Positions 20,872-29,742 of a stretch of 32,000 nucleotides of DNA are shown here, piece after piece (within the stretch, counting starts at the first letter, position 1; each line of letters starts with the position of its first letter). The stretch covers positions 2,730,001-2,762,000 of the forward strand of contig NC_020304.1 of the NCBI RefSeq assembly GCF_000341395.1. The letters are read 5' to 3'. Under the pieces are notes generated by a model, which saw nothing but the letters and a program-made list of their open reading frames with translations, ran no database searches and was not told the origin of the DNA. The translations under genes and the position numbers were made by a program. Source of the stretch: Desulfocapsa sulfexigens DSM 10523. Its GTDB lineage: Bacteria > Desulfobacterota > Desulfobulbia > Desulfobulbales > Desulfocapsaceae.

Positions 20872-22697
20872 TGAATATTTTAGGTATCAGTGCATATTAC
20901 CATGATTCGGCTGCTGTCTTGATTCGCGATGGTCAAATCATTGCTGCAGCTCAAGAGGAGCGGTTTACCAGGATTAAACATGATCATGATTTTCCCCATA
21001 ATGCAATACGCTATTGTCTTGCAGAGGCAGGTATTGAAGGTGAGCAGCTTGATGCTGTGACTTTTTACGACAAGCCGATCCTGAAGTTTGTAAGGATTAT
21101 GGAGACCTATTTTAGTGTAGCTCCCAGGGGACTGGCTTCTTTTATGAAGGCAATGCCACTCTGGACCAGGCAGAAATTATGGATCCCCTATTATATAGAA
21201 AAAGGCTTGGCAGGCTGTGGAGTCAGCACTAAAAATATTTACTTTACTCAACATCATGAATCACATGCTGCCTCTTCTTTTTATCCATCACCCTTTGATG
21301 AGGCTGCTGTTCTCACCATGGATGGAGTGGGGGAATGGGCCACGGCAACCATTGCCGTAGGTCGTGGTAATAAGATTGAGATGGTCAAGGAGCTCTGTTT
21401 TCCACATTCTCTGGGCTTGCTCTATTCAGCAATTACCTATTTCTGTGGATTTCGGGTCAACTCTGGAGAATATAAACTAATGGGATTAGCTCCCTATGGT
21501 TCTCCAAAATATGTGGATCGTATTCTTGAGAACCTTTTAGATCTCAAGGAGGATGGCTCCTTTCGCCTGGATATGAAATATTTTGGCTATATGGATGGAT
21601 TACGGATGACTGGTCCATTGATGGATGTGCTTCTCGATGGTTCTCCCCGCGAACCTGAAAGTCCTATCACGACTCGAGAAATGGATATAGCGGCCTCTAT
21701 CCAGGTGGTAACTGAGATGATAGTCCTGAAGATGGCTCGTTATACCCGTGAAATAACCGGTATGAAAAATCTGTGTCTTTCAGGAGGGGTTGCTTTGAAC
21801 TGTGTTGCCAACGGGCGATTGCTTCGAGAGGGAATCTTTGATGATATCTATATTCAGCCAGCATCAGGTGACGCCGGTGGTGCTCTTGGAGCAGCATTGT
21901 TGACCTGGTATCAAATTAATGATCAGCCTCGTAGCAGTAATAATAAAGATGATTCGATGCAGGGATCCTATCTTGGACCCTCCTTTGAGGACGATGAAAT
22001 CGAAGCCTACCTTAGGGCAAATAACTATGTGGCAAGAAAGGTTGAAGGAAAGGACTGGGCCCGTGAGATTGCCGGCTATATTGCAAATGAAAAAGTGGTA
22101 GGACTGTTTCAGGGAAGGATGGAATTTGGTCCACGCGCCCTTGGTTGCCGCTCTATTATAGGTGATGCCAGATCGACAAATATGCAGTCGACGATGAACC
22201 TCAAGATTAAATACAGGGAATCGTTCAGGCCGTTTGCTCCTTCATGTCTTGAGGAAAAGGTTGGAGAGTATTTCGATATTGACAGGCCATCTCCCTATAT
22301 GCTTATTGTTGCCGATGTCAGAAAAGAACGCTGTCTGGAGGTTGAGGGTGACAATACGGTAGTGTTTGAGGAACAGATCAACCAGTTGCGATCCGATATC
22401 CCGGCTATAACGCATGTTGATTACTCTGCTCGTATTCAGACGGTTTCTCCAAAAACGAATAAGCCCTACTATGATATTATCAAGGCTTTCGATGAATTGA
22501 CCGGCTATGGTGTGATAATTAATACATCCTTTAATGTCCGTGGTGAGCCCATTGTTTGTACTCCTGAGGATGCCTACCGATGCTTTATGCGGACTGAGAT
22601 GGATTGCCTGGTTCTTGGATCTTTTCTGCTTGAAAAGTCCGAACAGCCTGAATTTGTAGATAATGCCAATTGGCGCAATGAGTATCAGCTTGATTAG
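20871..22697 (+). CDS. Carbamoyltransferase, NodU/CmcH family
   Basis: MNILGISAYYHDSAAVLIRDGQIIAAAQEERFTRIKHDHDFP...HHESHAASSFYPSPF...CLSGGVALNCVANGRLL...GRMEFGPRALGCRSIIGDAR...TSFNVRGEPIVCTPEDAYRCF. Confidence 0.97.
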   Translation: MNILGISAYYHDSAAVLIRDGQIIAAAQEERFTRIKHDHDFPHNAIRYCLAEAGIEGEQLDAVTFYDKPILKFVRIMETYFSVAPRGLASFMKAMPLWTRQKLWIPYYIEKGLAGCGVSTKNIYFTQHHESHAASSFYPSPFDEAAVLTMDGVGEWATATIAVGRGNKIEMVKELCFPHSLGLLYSAITYFCGFRVNSGEYKLMGLAPYGSPKYVDRILENLLDLKEDGSFRLDMKYFGYMDGLRMTGPLMDVLLDGSPREPESPITTREMDIAASIQVVTEMIVLKMARYTREITGMKNLCLSGGVALNCVANGRLLREGIFDDIYIQPASGDAGGALGAALLTWYQINDQPRSSNNKDDSMQGSYLGPSFEDDEIEAYLRANNYVARKVEGKDWAREIAGYIANEKVVGLFQGRMEFGPRALGCRSIIGDARSTNMQSTMNLKIKYRESFRPFAPSCLEEKVGEYFDIDRPSPYMLIVADVRKERCLEVEGDNTVVFEEQINQLRSDIPAITHVDYSARIQTVSPKTNKPYYDIIKAFDELTGYGVIINTSFNVRGEPIVCTPEDAYRCFMRTEMDCLVLGSFLLEKSEQPEFVDNANWRNEYQLD

Positions 22698-22872
22698 CAG
22701 TGAAGTAGCTGCCTGATTGCATTTGCCGTAATTCTGTGTAATATAGCTGCGTTCCTGGATATGGTGTTCAGGCTTGGTTGTCGACGGAAGAGGTTGTTCA
22801 GGCAGAAAATGAACAATTTAGACAGCTCTCGGTTGTCGAATGTTTTTAAGAAAAAAAAGAGAGAAGTAATTT

Positions 22873-23037
22873 ATGCATTTTATAAAACATTTGTTTTCCT
22901 TATTGGGTGAAGTATTTCAGTTTGCCTGGAAGAATAAGGTATGGTGGATAGTACCTGTAGTTCTGGTTTTTCTCGGTATTGGCCTCTTAATAGTTGTTGG
23001 TGAAACGGCTGCTCCGTTTATCTATACTCTGTTTTAA
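22873..23037 (+). CDS. DUF5989-like small membrane protein (not in supplied ORF track)
   Basis: Direct translation gives MHFIKHLFSLLGEVFQFAWKNKVWWIVPVVLVFLGIGLLIVVGETAAPFIYTLF* (54 aa). Its position after an SxtJ-carbamoyltransferase pair matches the usual neighbourhood. Confidence 0.85.
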   Translation: MHFIKHLFSLLGEVFQFAWKNKVWWIVPVVLVFLGIGLLIVVGETAAPFIYTLF

Positions 23038-23052
23038 GCGTTTGTTGTATGT

Positions 23053-23095
23053 GCAGCACTGTTTTCCTGATACCCCGTTAGGGAAACAGTGTTGC
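23053..23095 (+). terminator. Strong hairpin downstream of the DUF5989-like gene; possible transcript-end structure
   Basis: GCAGCACTGTTTTCC and GGAAACAGTGTTGC form a stem of about 14 bp (one G-T, one bulge) with a short loop. There is no clear T tract, so a Rho-independent terminator is not established. Confidence 0.35.
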
Positions 23096-23264
23096 AGAGA
23101 GTAAATACCGGGTGTTCCATGTGAGCCCAACGGTGAACCCCGTCAGGGTAGCTCTCTTGTATTCCTAAAAAGGAACTTTTTGCTTCCTCTTCCTACAATG
23201 GAAAAAATTCAATTTCCGCAGAAGCTGTATATTCTACTATTACTGATATCCAGAGGCCAGTGAA

Positions 23265-25874
23265 GTGCAATATCGTCCTGACATCGATGGCTTACGGTCA
23301 GTTGCGGTACTCAGTGTAATACTCTTTCATATAAATAATAGTCTGGTGCCAGGCGGCTTTGTCGGGGTCGATATCTTTTTTGTTATCTCCGGGTACCTGA
23401 TTACCACAATTATTGTTGGCGGCATTTCTAATAACAGTTTTTCCCTGGTCAGGTTTTATTCACGAAGGGTAAAACGCATTTTTCCTGCATTATTTTTGGT
23501 TTTGTTCTTTTCGTTACTCTTTGCCGTAGTGACCTTTGAACCAACAACCTATGATAAATTCTTTAAGGAATTGCGTTACGCAGCCCTGCAAATTTCAAAT
23601 TTTGTTTTTTCCCGGGAGATTGGCTATTTTGATGCCGCCAACGAAACATCTCCATTACTGCATACCTGGTCCCTTGGTGTAGAAGAACAATTTTATCTGA
23701 TTTGGCCAATATTCCTCCTCTTCCTGCACAGGTTCTGTAAGAACCGGATAGCACAGTCGCTATCAGTAGTTTCTATTATTTCATTTATCTACAGTGACCA
23801 TCTGGCTTCCTCGGCACCGCAAATTGCCTTTTATATGCTGCCATCACGGGCATGGGAACTCGGGATTGGTGGTTTGCTGGCTGTGTCGATGACGTCAATT
23901 AGCAAATCCAGATGGCTTAATAATTTGATCTCATTGCTGGGAGTGCTGCTGGTTCTGACCTCTGTCTGTGTAATTAACGACAGCTACACCTTTCCTGGGA
24001 AATGGGCTCTTCCACCGGTTATTGGGGCAGTACTTCTGATCTTCAGTGGGGCTTCCCGTAATACGGTTGCATATCATGTTCTGTCGTGGAAACCATTTGT
24101 CTTTATAGGAAAAATATCTTACTCACTCTACCTCTGGCATTGGCCAATAATTGTTTTTTACAAAGAGTTGATTGCCCCAGATATCAGTTTGACAGCAGGC
24201 ATAGCGATTCTGCTCCTAACTGTGATAATGTCCCTGTTGTCATTCTTTCTGGTTGAAAAGCCCTGTCGTTATGGGGTTTATCCTCAGGTTCCGCAAAAAA
24301 TATATACATATATATCAGAGACCACATTGCTTCGAAAAGTTGCATATGTACTGATTCCGGTGCTTCTATTACCCTTGGCTGCCACATCATTACTGTCCGG
24401 TTTTAATACAATTGAAGAAAATAATGAACTTACTTCCCTTGAAATAGAGGTCGAACTGATAAAAAGTAATGACCCATCAAAAAAGGAGGCCATTACTCTC
24501 TACTGGACTAACAGTGACGGTCATTTCGAGAAGAAGGCCTGGTCGAGACATTCTTATAGTCCTGAAAATGTAGTTAAAAACAATTTATATCGTTTTGTTT
24601 TTAAACTGCCGGACCTGAGTAAGGTTGGCACTGTCAGGCTTGACCCCTTGGATCACAAGGGAGTTGTACGTGTTATCAGTGTCACCTTGACAGAGGGGAT
24701 TTTCAATCTGCGTCGCAGTGTTGAAATGAGTGAGGTTGCGGCCAATATGTCTGGAGAATATCATCTACAGGCACGATATGAAAATGATGCTCTGTTGCTT
24801 GAAACCCTGGGGGAAGATCCTCAGATAATACTTTTCCAAAGTATTTCTAAAACCATTTTAGAAAATGCGCTCATATATTTGATCTTCTTAAGTATTTTTT
24901 CCTTAACCGTTCTTTCCATAATGCTTTTTGGTTCTGGGAATGAAGAGCTTGCTGCCATTCTCACGGGTAGCGTGATTATCATTCTACTCCTGTTGAGTTC
25001 TGCACGGTTACAATATTCCAGTCATGCAAAATGGCGTTTTCTTGATGATGAACAGGCCAGTTTTCTTCTGACAGAAACTCCCATGACAGAGCTGGCAACA
25101 TTTGCCAAGCCTGATAATCAGGACGTTATTTTGATAGGGGATTCCCATGTCGGGAGTTTTGCATGGCCAGTGGAAAGGTGGAGCAGAGAGGCAGGACTTT
25201 CTTTTGGCTTGTTCGGACTTCCAGCGTGTCCTCCTGTTTTTTATGACTATAAGTCTAATGTGAAAAGAAAAATTAGCAGCCAATATTCTGCCTGTGCCAA
25301 CTCTACCAATAAGATATTGAAGGATATAATAGACAATGACACTACACAATATGTTTTTATAGCTATCAGGCACGAGTTTTATATGGCAAATCCTGAGAAA
25401 CTTTTTCACCCAGATACCCTTAAAAATCTAAAGGGAGAAGATTCTGTCCTTGGGTTGTTTAAGGATTCCATTGTATACACAATTCAGGCATTGGTTGATA
25501 GCGGGAAGAATGTGGTTATTCTCGGTCAAGTTCCAGTTTTGGAGGAACTCCCGAAGACTTGCCTGAGTCGAAATGTCACATTGCTTGCAGCATTTTCCAA
25601 AACAAATAAATCCTCCTGTGACATGGATAAGGAGAAGAGTGACTTGAGATTGCAAGCGGGCAATGAGCTCTTTTTGGAAATTGCGGAGAAGAGTGAAAGT
25701 GTATGGTTTTTTGAATCAGGCAAATATCTGGAGACTATATTTGCCGATGACGGATCGATATTCTATTACGATGACAATCATCTGAGTCATAAGGGCTCCG
25801 TGTATATATATCCTTTTATTAAGGGCTCTTTAAAACAAGCAGATAATCATGGTTTTGGTAAAACTTCCTGGTAG
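23265..25874 (+). CDS. Acyltransferase 3 (OafA/YrhL-like) with C-terminal SGNH domain and an inserted extracytoplasmic RIDP-type module
   Basis: YRPDIDGLRSVAVLSVILFHINNSLVPGGFVGVDIFFVISGYLITTII...YFLWHWPI-like segment (SYSLYLWHWPII)...module at residues about 388-524...DVILIGDSHVGSFAWP...YYDDNHLSHKGS. Confidence 0.9.
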   Translation: MQYRPDIDGLRSVAVLSVILFHINNSLVPGGFVGVDIFFVISGYLITTIIVGGISNNSFSLVRFYSRRVKRIFPALFLVLFFSLLFAVVTFEPTTYDKFFKELRYAALQISNFVFSREIGYFDAANETSPLLHTWSLGVEEQFYLIWPIFLLFLHRFCKNRIAQSLSVVSIISFIYSDHLASSAPQIAFYMLPSRAWELGIGGLLAVSMTSISKSRWLNNLISLLGVLLVLTSVCVINDSYTFPGKWALPPVIGAVLLIFSGASRNTVAYHVLSWKPFVFIGKISYSLYLWHWPIIVFYKELIAPDISLTAGIAILLLTVIMSLLSFFLVEKPCRYGVYPQVPQKIYTYISETTLLRKVAYVLIPVLLLPLAATSLLSGFNTIEENNELTSLEIEVELIKSNDPSKKEAITLYWTNSDGHFEKKAWSRHSYSPENVVKNNLYRFVFKLPDLSKVGTVRLDPLDHKGVVRVISVTLTEGIFNLRRSVEMSEVAANMSGEYHLQARYENDALLLETLGEDPQIILFQSISKTILENALIYLIFLSIFSLTVLSIMLFGSGNEELAAILTGSVIIILLLLSSARLQYSSHAKWRFLDDEQASFLLTETPMTELATFAKPDNQDVILIGDSHVGSFAWPVERWSREAGLSFGLFGLPACPPVFYDYKSNVKRKISSQYSACANSTNKILKDIIDNDTTQYVFIAIRHEFYMANPEKLFHPDTLKNLKGEDSVLGLFKDSIVYTIQALVDSGKNVVILGQVPVLEELPKTCLSRNVTLLAAFSKTNKSSCDMDKEKSDLRLQAGNELFLEIAEKSESVWFFESGKYLETIFADDGSIFYYDDNHLSHKGSVYIYPFIKGSLKQADNHGFGKTSW

Positions 25875-26039
25875 GTTGTTCAGTGAAGTTTTTCAGTATT
25901 CCTGGGAGAAAAAAGTATGATTGGATTGTTTCCATTGTTTTAGTATCTTGGAATCTCTTTTGGATACTGGCGTCTGGTGTTTTTGGGGTAAATTAAAAGT
26001 ATCGGCATCACCGTATGTCGTTTGAACCATTGGGAAGAC

Positions 26040-29000
26040 ATGAATTTGGTCAATAGTAGGAAAAATTGGTATAGAGCTGGCGTCTTTTTGTTTTCTGCGA
26101 TTGTTCTTTTGCTGCTTTATTTCTTGTCGTTGCAGGGAGAAGTGACGATTGAAACAGATATTAATGATCGTTTTCAGATTTTCTGGTCCGATGGAACGGG
26201 CTACTATAGCGAAAATAACTCTGCAACAGAATATCCAGTTGAGTATCTCGAAAATAATACTGTAACCAGGTTCCGAACAGGTAACCTCTCTAAAATTGAT
26301 AACATCAGAATTGATCCATTGTTTGGCAGTGGAAAATTCAAGATTTTTTCTATTCAGATCTCTCAGCCGGGTTATAAAACGATGTCTTTTAGTACCCAGG
26401 GAGAACTGAAGCGCCTCATGCCAGTTAATCATTTGTCAGATTTCCAGGTAACTGAAAATGGCATATCGGCGATATCTAATGGTAATGATCCTCAGATCAT
26501 GCTGCCTTTTCAGGCAAGATTGTCCTGTTTTTGGGTACTATCCAGGCTTTCAGCTTCTCTTGCTATCGTTATAGTAGCTTTTTTTGTGGTGAAGAGTTGT
26601 TTCAAGCATAAGAACCTTTTTGCCGGCGCCATCTTTCTCGCGAATATCTTGATCGTTGGTTTGCTTATTCTTGGTTGGTGGACGAGCAAAGATAATACTC
26701 TTTTTCAGAATGGCCGATGGACTGTTGGTAAGGATGCAGGGAAGTTTGTTTTTCAGACCTATGAGTTTATGTCTGCACCAATGAGTGGTTCTGGGATTTC
26801 TCTTACTGCTAATATGGGGTTCCAGGAGATTACATATAAAAACCACGATAGTGATACTCGTCGTTTAGAAGAATTGTCCTGTCAGGTGTATATTGGTCCT
26901 CAAGCGTATGTCTGGGTTGAGCTGGAAAAAAAAGATCAACAGATGTTGGGTGTCAGAATATCACGAAATGGAGAGTATAAGAGCGGTTTTTACACCTATT
27001 CGTCTAAAGGAAAACTCGTCAGCAAACAGTTGCTGCAAATTCCCAAGGACATGCTTAATTCTTCGAGTCGTATTGTCCTTTCACGTCAAAATGGAACATG
27101 GACCCTGGCGGTTAATGACAGACAAATGGGATCGAGTTTAGCTATTGATAATAAAAACAGTACGTTCGGGTTTCGTGGCTGTACTACGGGACGAGAAATG
27201 TATTTACGAAATATTGAAATGAAGTTTGTTGATCCAGTCACAGAGAAAAGATGGGTTGAAACCGAGGATTTTGGGCCTTCTGCTTCAAAGCAGCGCAGTA
27301 CTCCCTGGATATTTGTTTTTGTTAGTATTGTGTTGCTCGTAAAAGCAGTTCGGGATGAGGTGTTGATGAATTATTTGCCATCAGATAAACACCATCGTTT
27401 CAGGCTGTTAAGTCAATTGTCCCTTTTCGTTCCAGCATCCGCGGCCTTGTTGTTCTTTTTTAGGGACTCCATTTATGCGACGCCATTCTCGTTTTTAGTT
27501 GCAGAGTTGGTGGTTGTTGTGGGGTTTGCTTTGTTTTTTGAACAGGAAAAGGTGCACCTGGGTACCAAAAAATGGTTGTCAGTGCTGTATGTCATTGGCA
27601 TCTTGCTGGTATCGGGATGTTCTTTTTTGGTGAACGATACGATATTACAATCTTCACAGAGAGTTTCCAATAAGAATTTGAGTCGTATTGATCCGGGAAT
27701 TTACATTACTACCCCTCAGGCTCCTCCAACAAAAGTGCCCTATGTAGCCACTGCGCCAATAGTGATTAAGGCCGGACAGCCATTTTTTGTTCCTGGTGTA
27801 TTCAGGGAGCAGGTGATTGACCTTGTTTTTTCCCTTCCTGAACAGACTACACTTGATATTGTTTTTGAACAGCAGGGTTTTGTCACGCGTGGAGATTCTG
27901 ATGGTGAAGCTATACCACTTCAACGTCGATTGCTTCGCTTGTCAACCAAGTCAGGTGTCGTTTCAGGCTTAAGTACAAAAACTGGAGTACGTTCAGCTCC
28001 CTTTATGAAGATTAATGGTGAGTTGTTGGTTCATGCGAACAATAAGGTATCTATTACTGTCACAAATAAAAGGGTTAAGCTGAATTTGAATGGTGTTCTT
28101 ACTACCTTTGATCAGTTTGGGTTGCTTGGTTTTGGGGAGACTGGGTTTTTGACTTATGAAAATTCAGTGAATTTGAAAGCTGTATCGGTCACCCCAACTG
28201 AGCTGAAAGCAGGTCCGGGTAACAAAATGTATTTATTTATGTTTTTTGTTCCTTTTGTCTTTGCATTCCTCCTGTTCTTTCTCTTTCGTCTGGCTGGTCC
28301 TGTTGCTTTATTCCCTACTGCGATTCTTGCTCTTTGTTCCTATTATCCAATAGTTGTGTTGTTAACTGCTGGTATGTTTCTTCCTTCTGGTAGTCTCCAT
28401 TTTCTGAGCGATGGAAGACTCGGGTGGTTATTTATAATGGCGGCGGCCGTTGCGGTAAATTTGTTTTGTATTCTGATCTACGCTAAGAGGCAGATAAAAA
28501 TTCCTGCCTTATATGCTAATCTCCTCTCTCTTATAGTCATTGTGGCAGTTGCTGGTTACGTCTATGTGATATTGCCAGATGATAATCCTATAAAATTGAG
28601 ATTTTCTCAAAATACAATTGCCCCAGGAGATATTGCTCATGCTGAGGAGAAGAAACATGTGCCCTGGTATGCTGACAATTCGTTAATCGGCACGAATATC
28701 TGGGTTTGGAGTCAACTTTTTGGTGGAGAGAAGGCAGTGCCGGGTTCAGGAAATACTAAAGATGCAGTACGAATATTTGTTATCGGCGGTAGTCAGGCCT
28801 GGGGCTCCGGTGCTGCAAATAGTGATAGTACTTTTTCAAAATTGCTTGAGAAAAAATTACTGGATAAGAAATTACCCGTTCAAGTGTTAAATGCTGGAAC
28901 AAATGCTGTGGGCCTCCAGACTATCACCCGGTCCAATAAACAGCTTTTACCAATTTATGAGCCTGATATTATAATTATTGATGTTGGGACCAATGACTCT

Positions 29001-29390
29001 GGAGCACGTAAAATGGTCCCGGGAGTTAAGAATCAACAAAGGTTTGTGCATGACAGGCTAATGGATTTTCGGACATTTGTTGAGTTTTTTCAGGGACAAG
29101 GTGTACGAATTATCTTAAATTTAGAGGCTATGTGTGCGGAGAGCTATGATAACTTTTCTCCAGATCCTGAACTGTATGACGGCTTGAAAAAAATTGCGGA
29201 AGACACAGGGGTTTCTGTGATAGTTCCGTCAAGTGTAACTGAACAGATTGAAAAAGAGTATCCGCTATGGTGGGACATTGCCCATTTGACGCCATATGGA
29301 CAGCAGGTGATGGCTGAAATACTCTTACCGACAACTGAGAAATTGGTTAATGAAGTGTTAAAGAGCAGCATGTCAGGGAGAGCTTTGTAA
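26040..29390 (+). CDS. Very large multidomain membrane protein: RIDP module, beta-sandwich-like domain(s), TM segments, C-terminal SGNH-like domain
   Basis: ATG 26040 has an upstream GGGAAGAC; the ORF track starts at TTG 26022. Segments: FQIFWSDGTGYYSENN...NIRIDPLFGSG; FVFQTYEFMSAPMSG...NGTWTLAVNDRQMG...; TM segments; IFVIGGSQAWGSGAAN...IIIDVGTNDSG...WWDIAHLTPYGQQVMAE. Confidence 0.75.
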   Translation: MNLVNSRKNWYRAGVFLFSAIVLLLLYFLSLQGEVTIETDINDRFQIFWSDGTGYYSENNSATEYPVEYLENNTVTRFRTGNLSKIDNIRIDPLFGSGKFKIFSIQISQPGYKTMSFSTQGELKRLMPVNHLSDFQVTENGISAISNGNDPQIMLPFQARLSCFWVLSRLSASLAIVIVAFFVVKSCFKHKNLFAGAIFLANILIVGLLILGWWTSKDNTLFQNGRWTVGKDAGKFVFQTYEFMSAPMSGSGISLTANMGFQEITYKNHDSDTRRLEELSCQVYIGPQAYVWVELEKKDQQMLGVRISRNGEYKSGFYTYSSKGKLVSKQLLQIPKDMLNSSSRIVLSRQNGTWTLAVNDRQMGSSLAIDNKNSTFGFRGCTTGREMYLRNIEMKFVDPVTEKRWVETEDFGPSASKQRSTPWIFVFVSIVLLVKAVRDEVLMNYLPSDKHHRFRLLSQLSLFVPASAALLFFFRDSIYATPFSFLVAELVVVVGFALFFEQEKVHLGTKKWLSVLYVIGILLVSGCSFLVNDTILQSSQRVSNKNLSRIDPGIYITTPQAPPTKVPYVATAPIVIKAGQPFFVPGVFREQVIDLVFSLPEQTTLDIVFEQQGFVTRGDSDGEAIPLQRRLLRLSTKSGVVSGLSTKTGVRSAPFMKINGELLVHANNKVSITVTNKRVKLNLNGVLTTFDQFGLLGFGETGFLTYENSVNLKAVSVTPTELKAGPGNKMYLFMFFVPFVFAFLLFFLFRLAGPVALFPTAILALCSYYPIVVLLTAGMFLPSGSLHFLSDGRLGWLFIMAAAVAVNLFCILIYAKRQIKIPALYANLLSLIVIVAVAGYVYVILPDDNPIKLRFSQNTIAPGDIAHAEEKKHVPWYADNSLIGTNIWVWSQLFGGEKAVPGSGNTKDAVRIFVIGGSQAWGSGAANSDSTFSKLLEKKLLDKKLPVQVLNAGTNAVGLQTITRSNKQLLPIYEPDIIIIDVGTNDSGARKMVPGVKNQQRFVHDRLMDFRTFVEFFQGQGVRIILNLEAMCAESYDNFSPDPELYDGLKKIAEDTGVSVIVPSSVTEQIEKEYPLWWDIAHLTPYGQQVMAEILLPTTEKLVNEVLKSSMSGRAL

Positions 29391-29651
29391 TACGATTCGA
29401 GCATAATAGTGCTGTAACTGTGTAACGGTCCCCCCCGATTCCAGTCATTGTGACCTCTCCACATTGCAATAGTCTGCTTCGAATGGCTAAAAACAATTGG
29501 ACACTTATGGAGGTTTCAAGTATTTTTACTGCAAAATAATGCAGATAGAAAGCATCTCAGCCGCTAAAAAAAATGACCAATGAAATAAGCGGAGCGGCGT
29601 AAGGGGTCGTAACGAAATTGATATAAAAGGCCATGTTATTTCGTAACGGCT

Positions 29652-29670
29652 CCTAAACAGTTTGTTTAGG
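29652..29670. promoter_or_regulatory. Perfect 8-bp inverted repeat CCTAAACA-GTT-TGTTTAGG in the gap upstream of the YbhN-like gene; operator or terminator-like
   Basis: Sequence symmetry in a 352-bp non-coding interval, followed by AAATTTTCT. Function unproven. Confidence 0.3.
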
Positions 29671-29742
29671 AAATTTTCTGTTGCATGGAGTCCTTCGTTC
29701 TGGTCTCTCATTTAGTTTTTTTACTGGGAAAAGGGTACCGTT

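Noticed and set aside
25893-26432. 179-aa minus-strand ORF covering the gap before the 26-kb gene
   Set aside because: It overlaps the start of the large + strand protein and has low-complexity shadow-like translation (EIKQQKNNRRKQKDASS) and no family resemblance.
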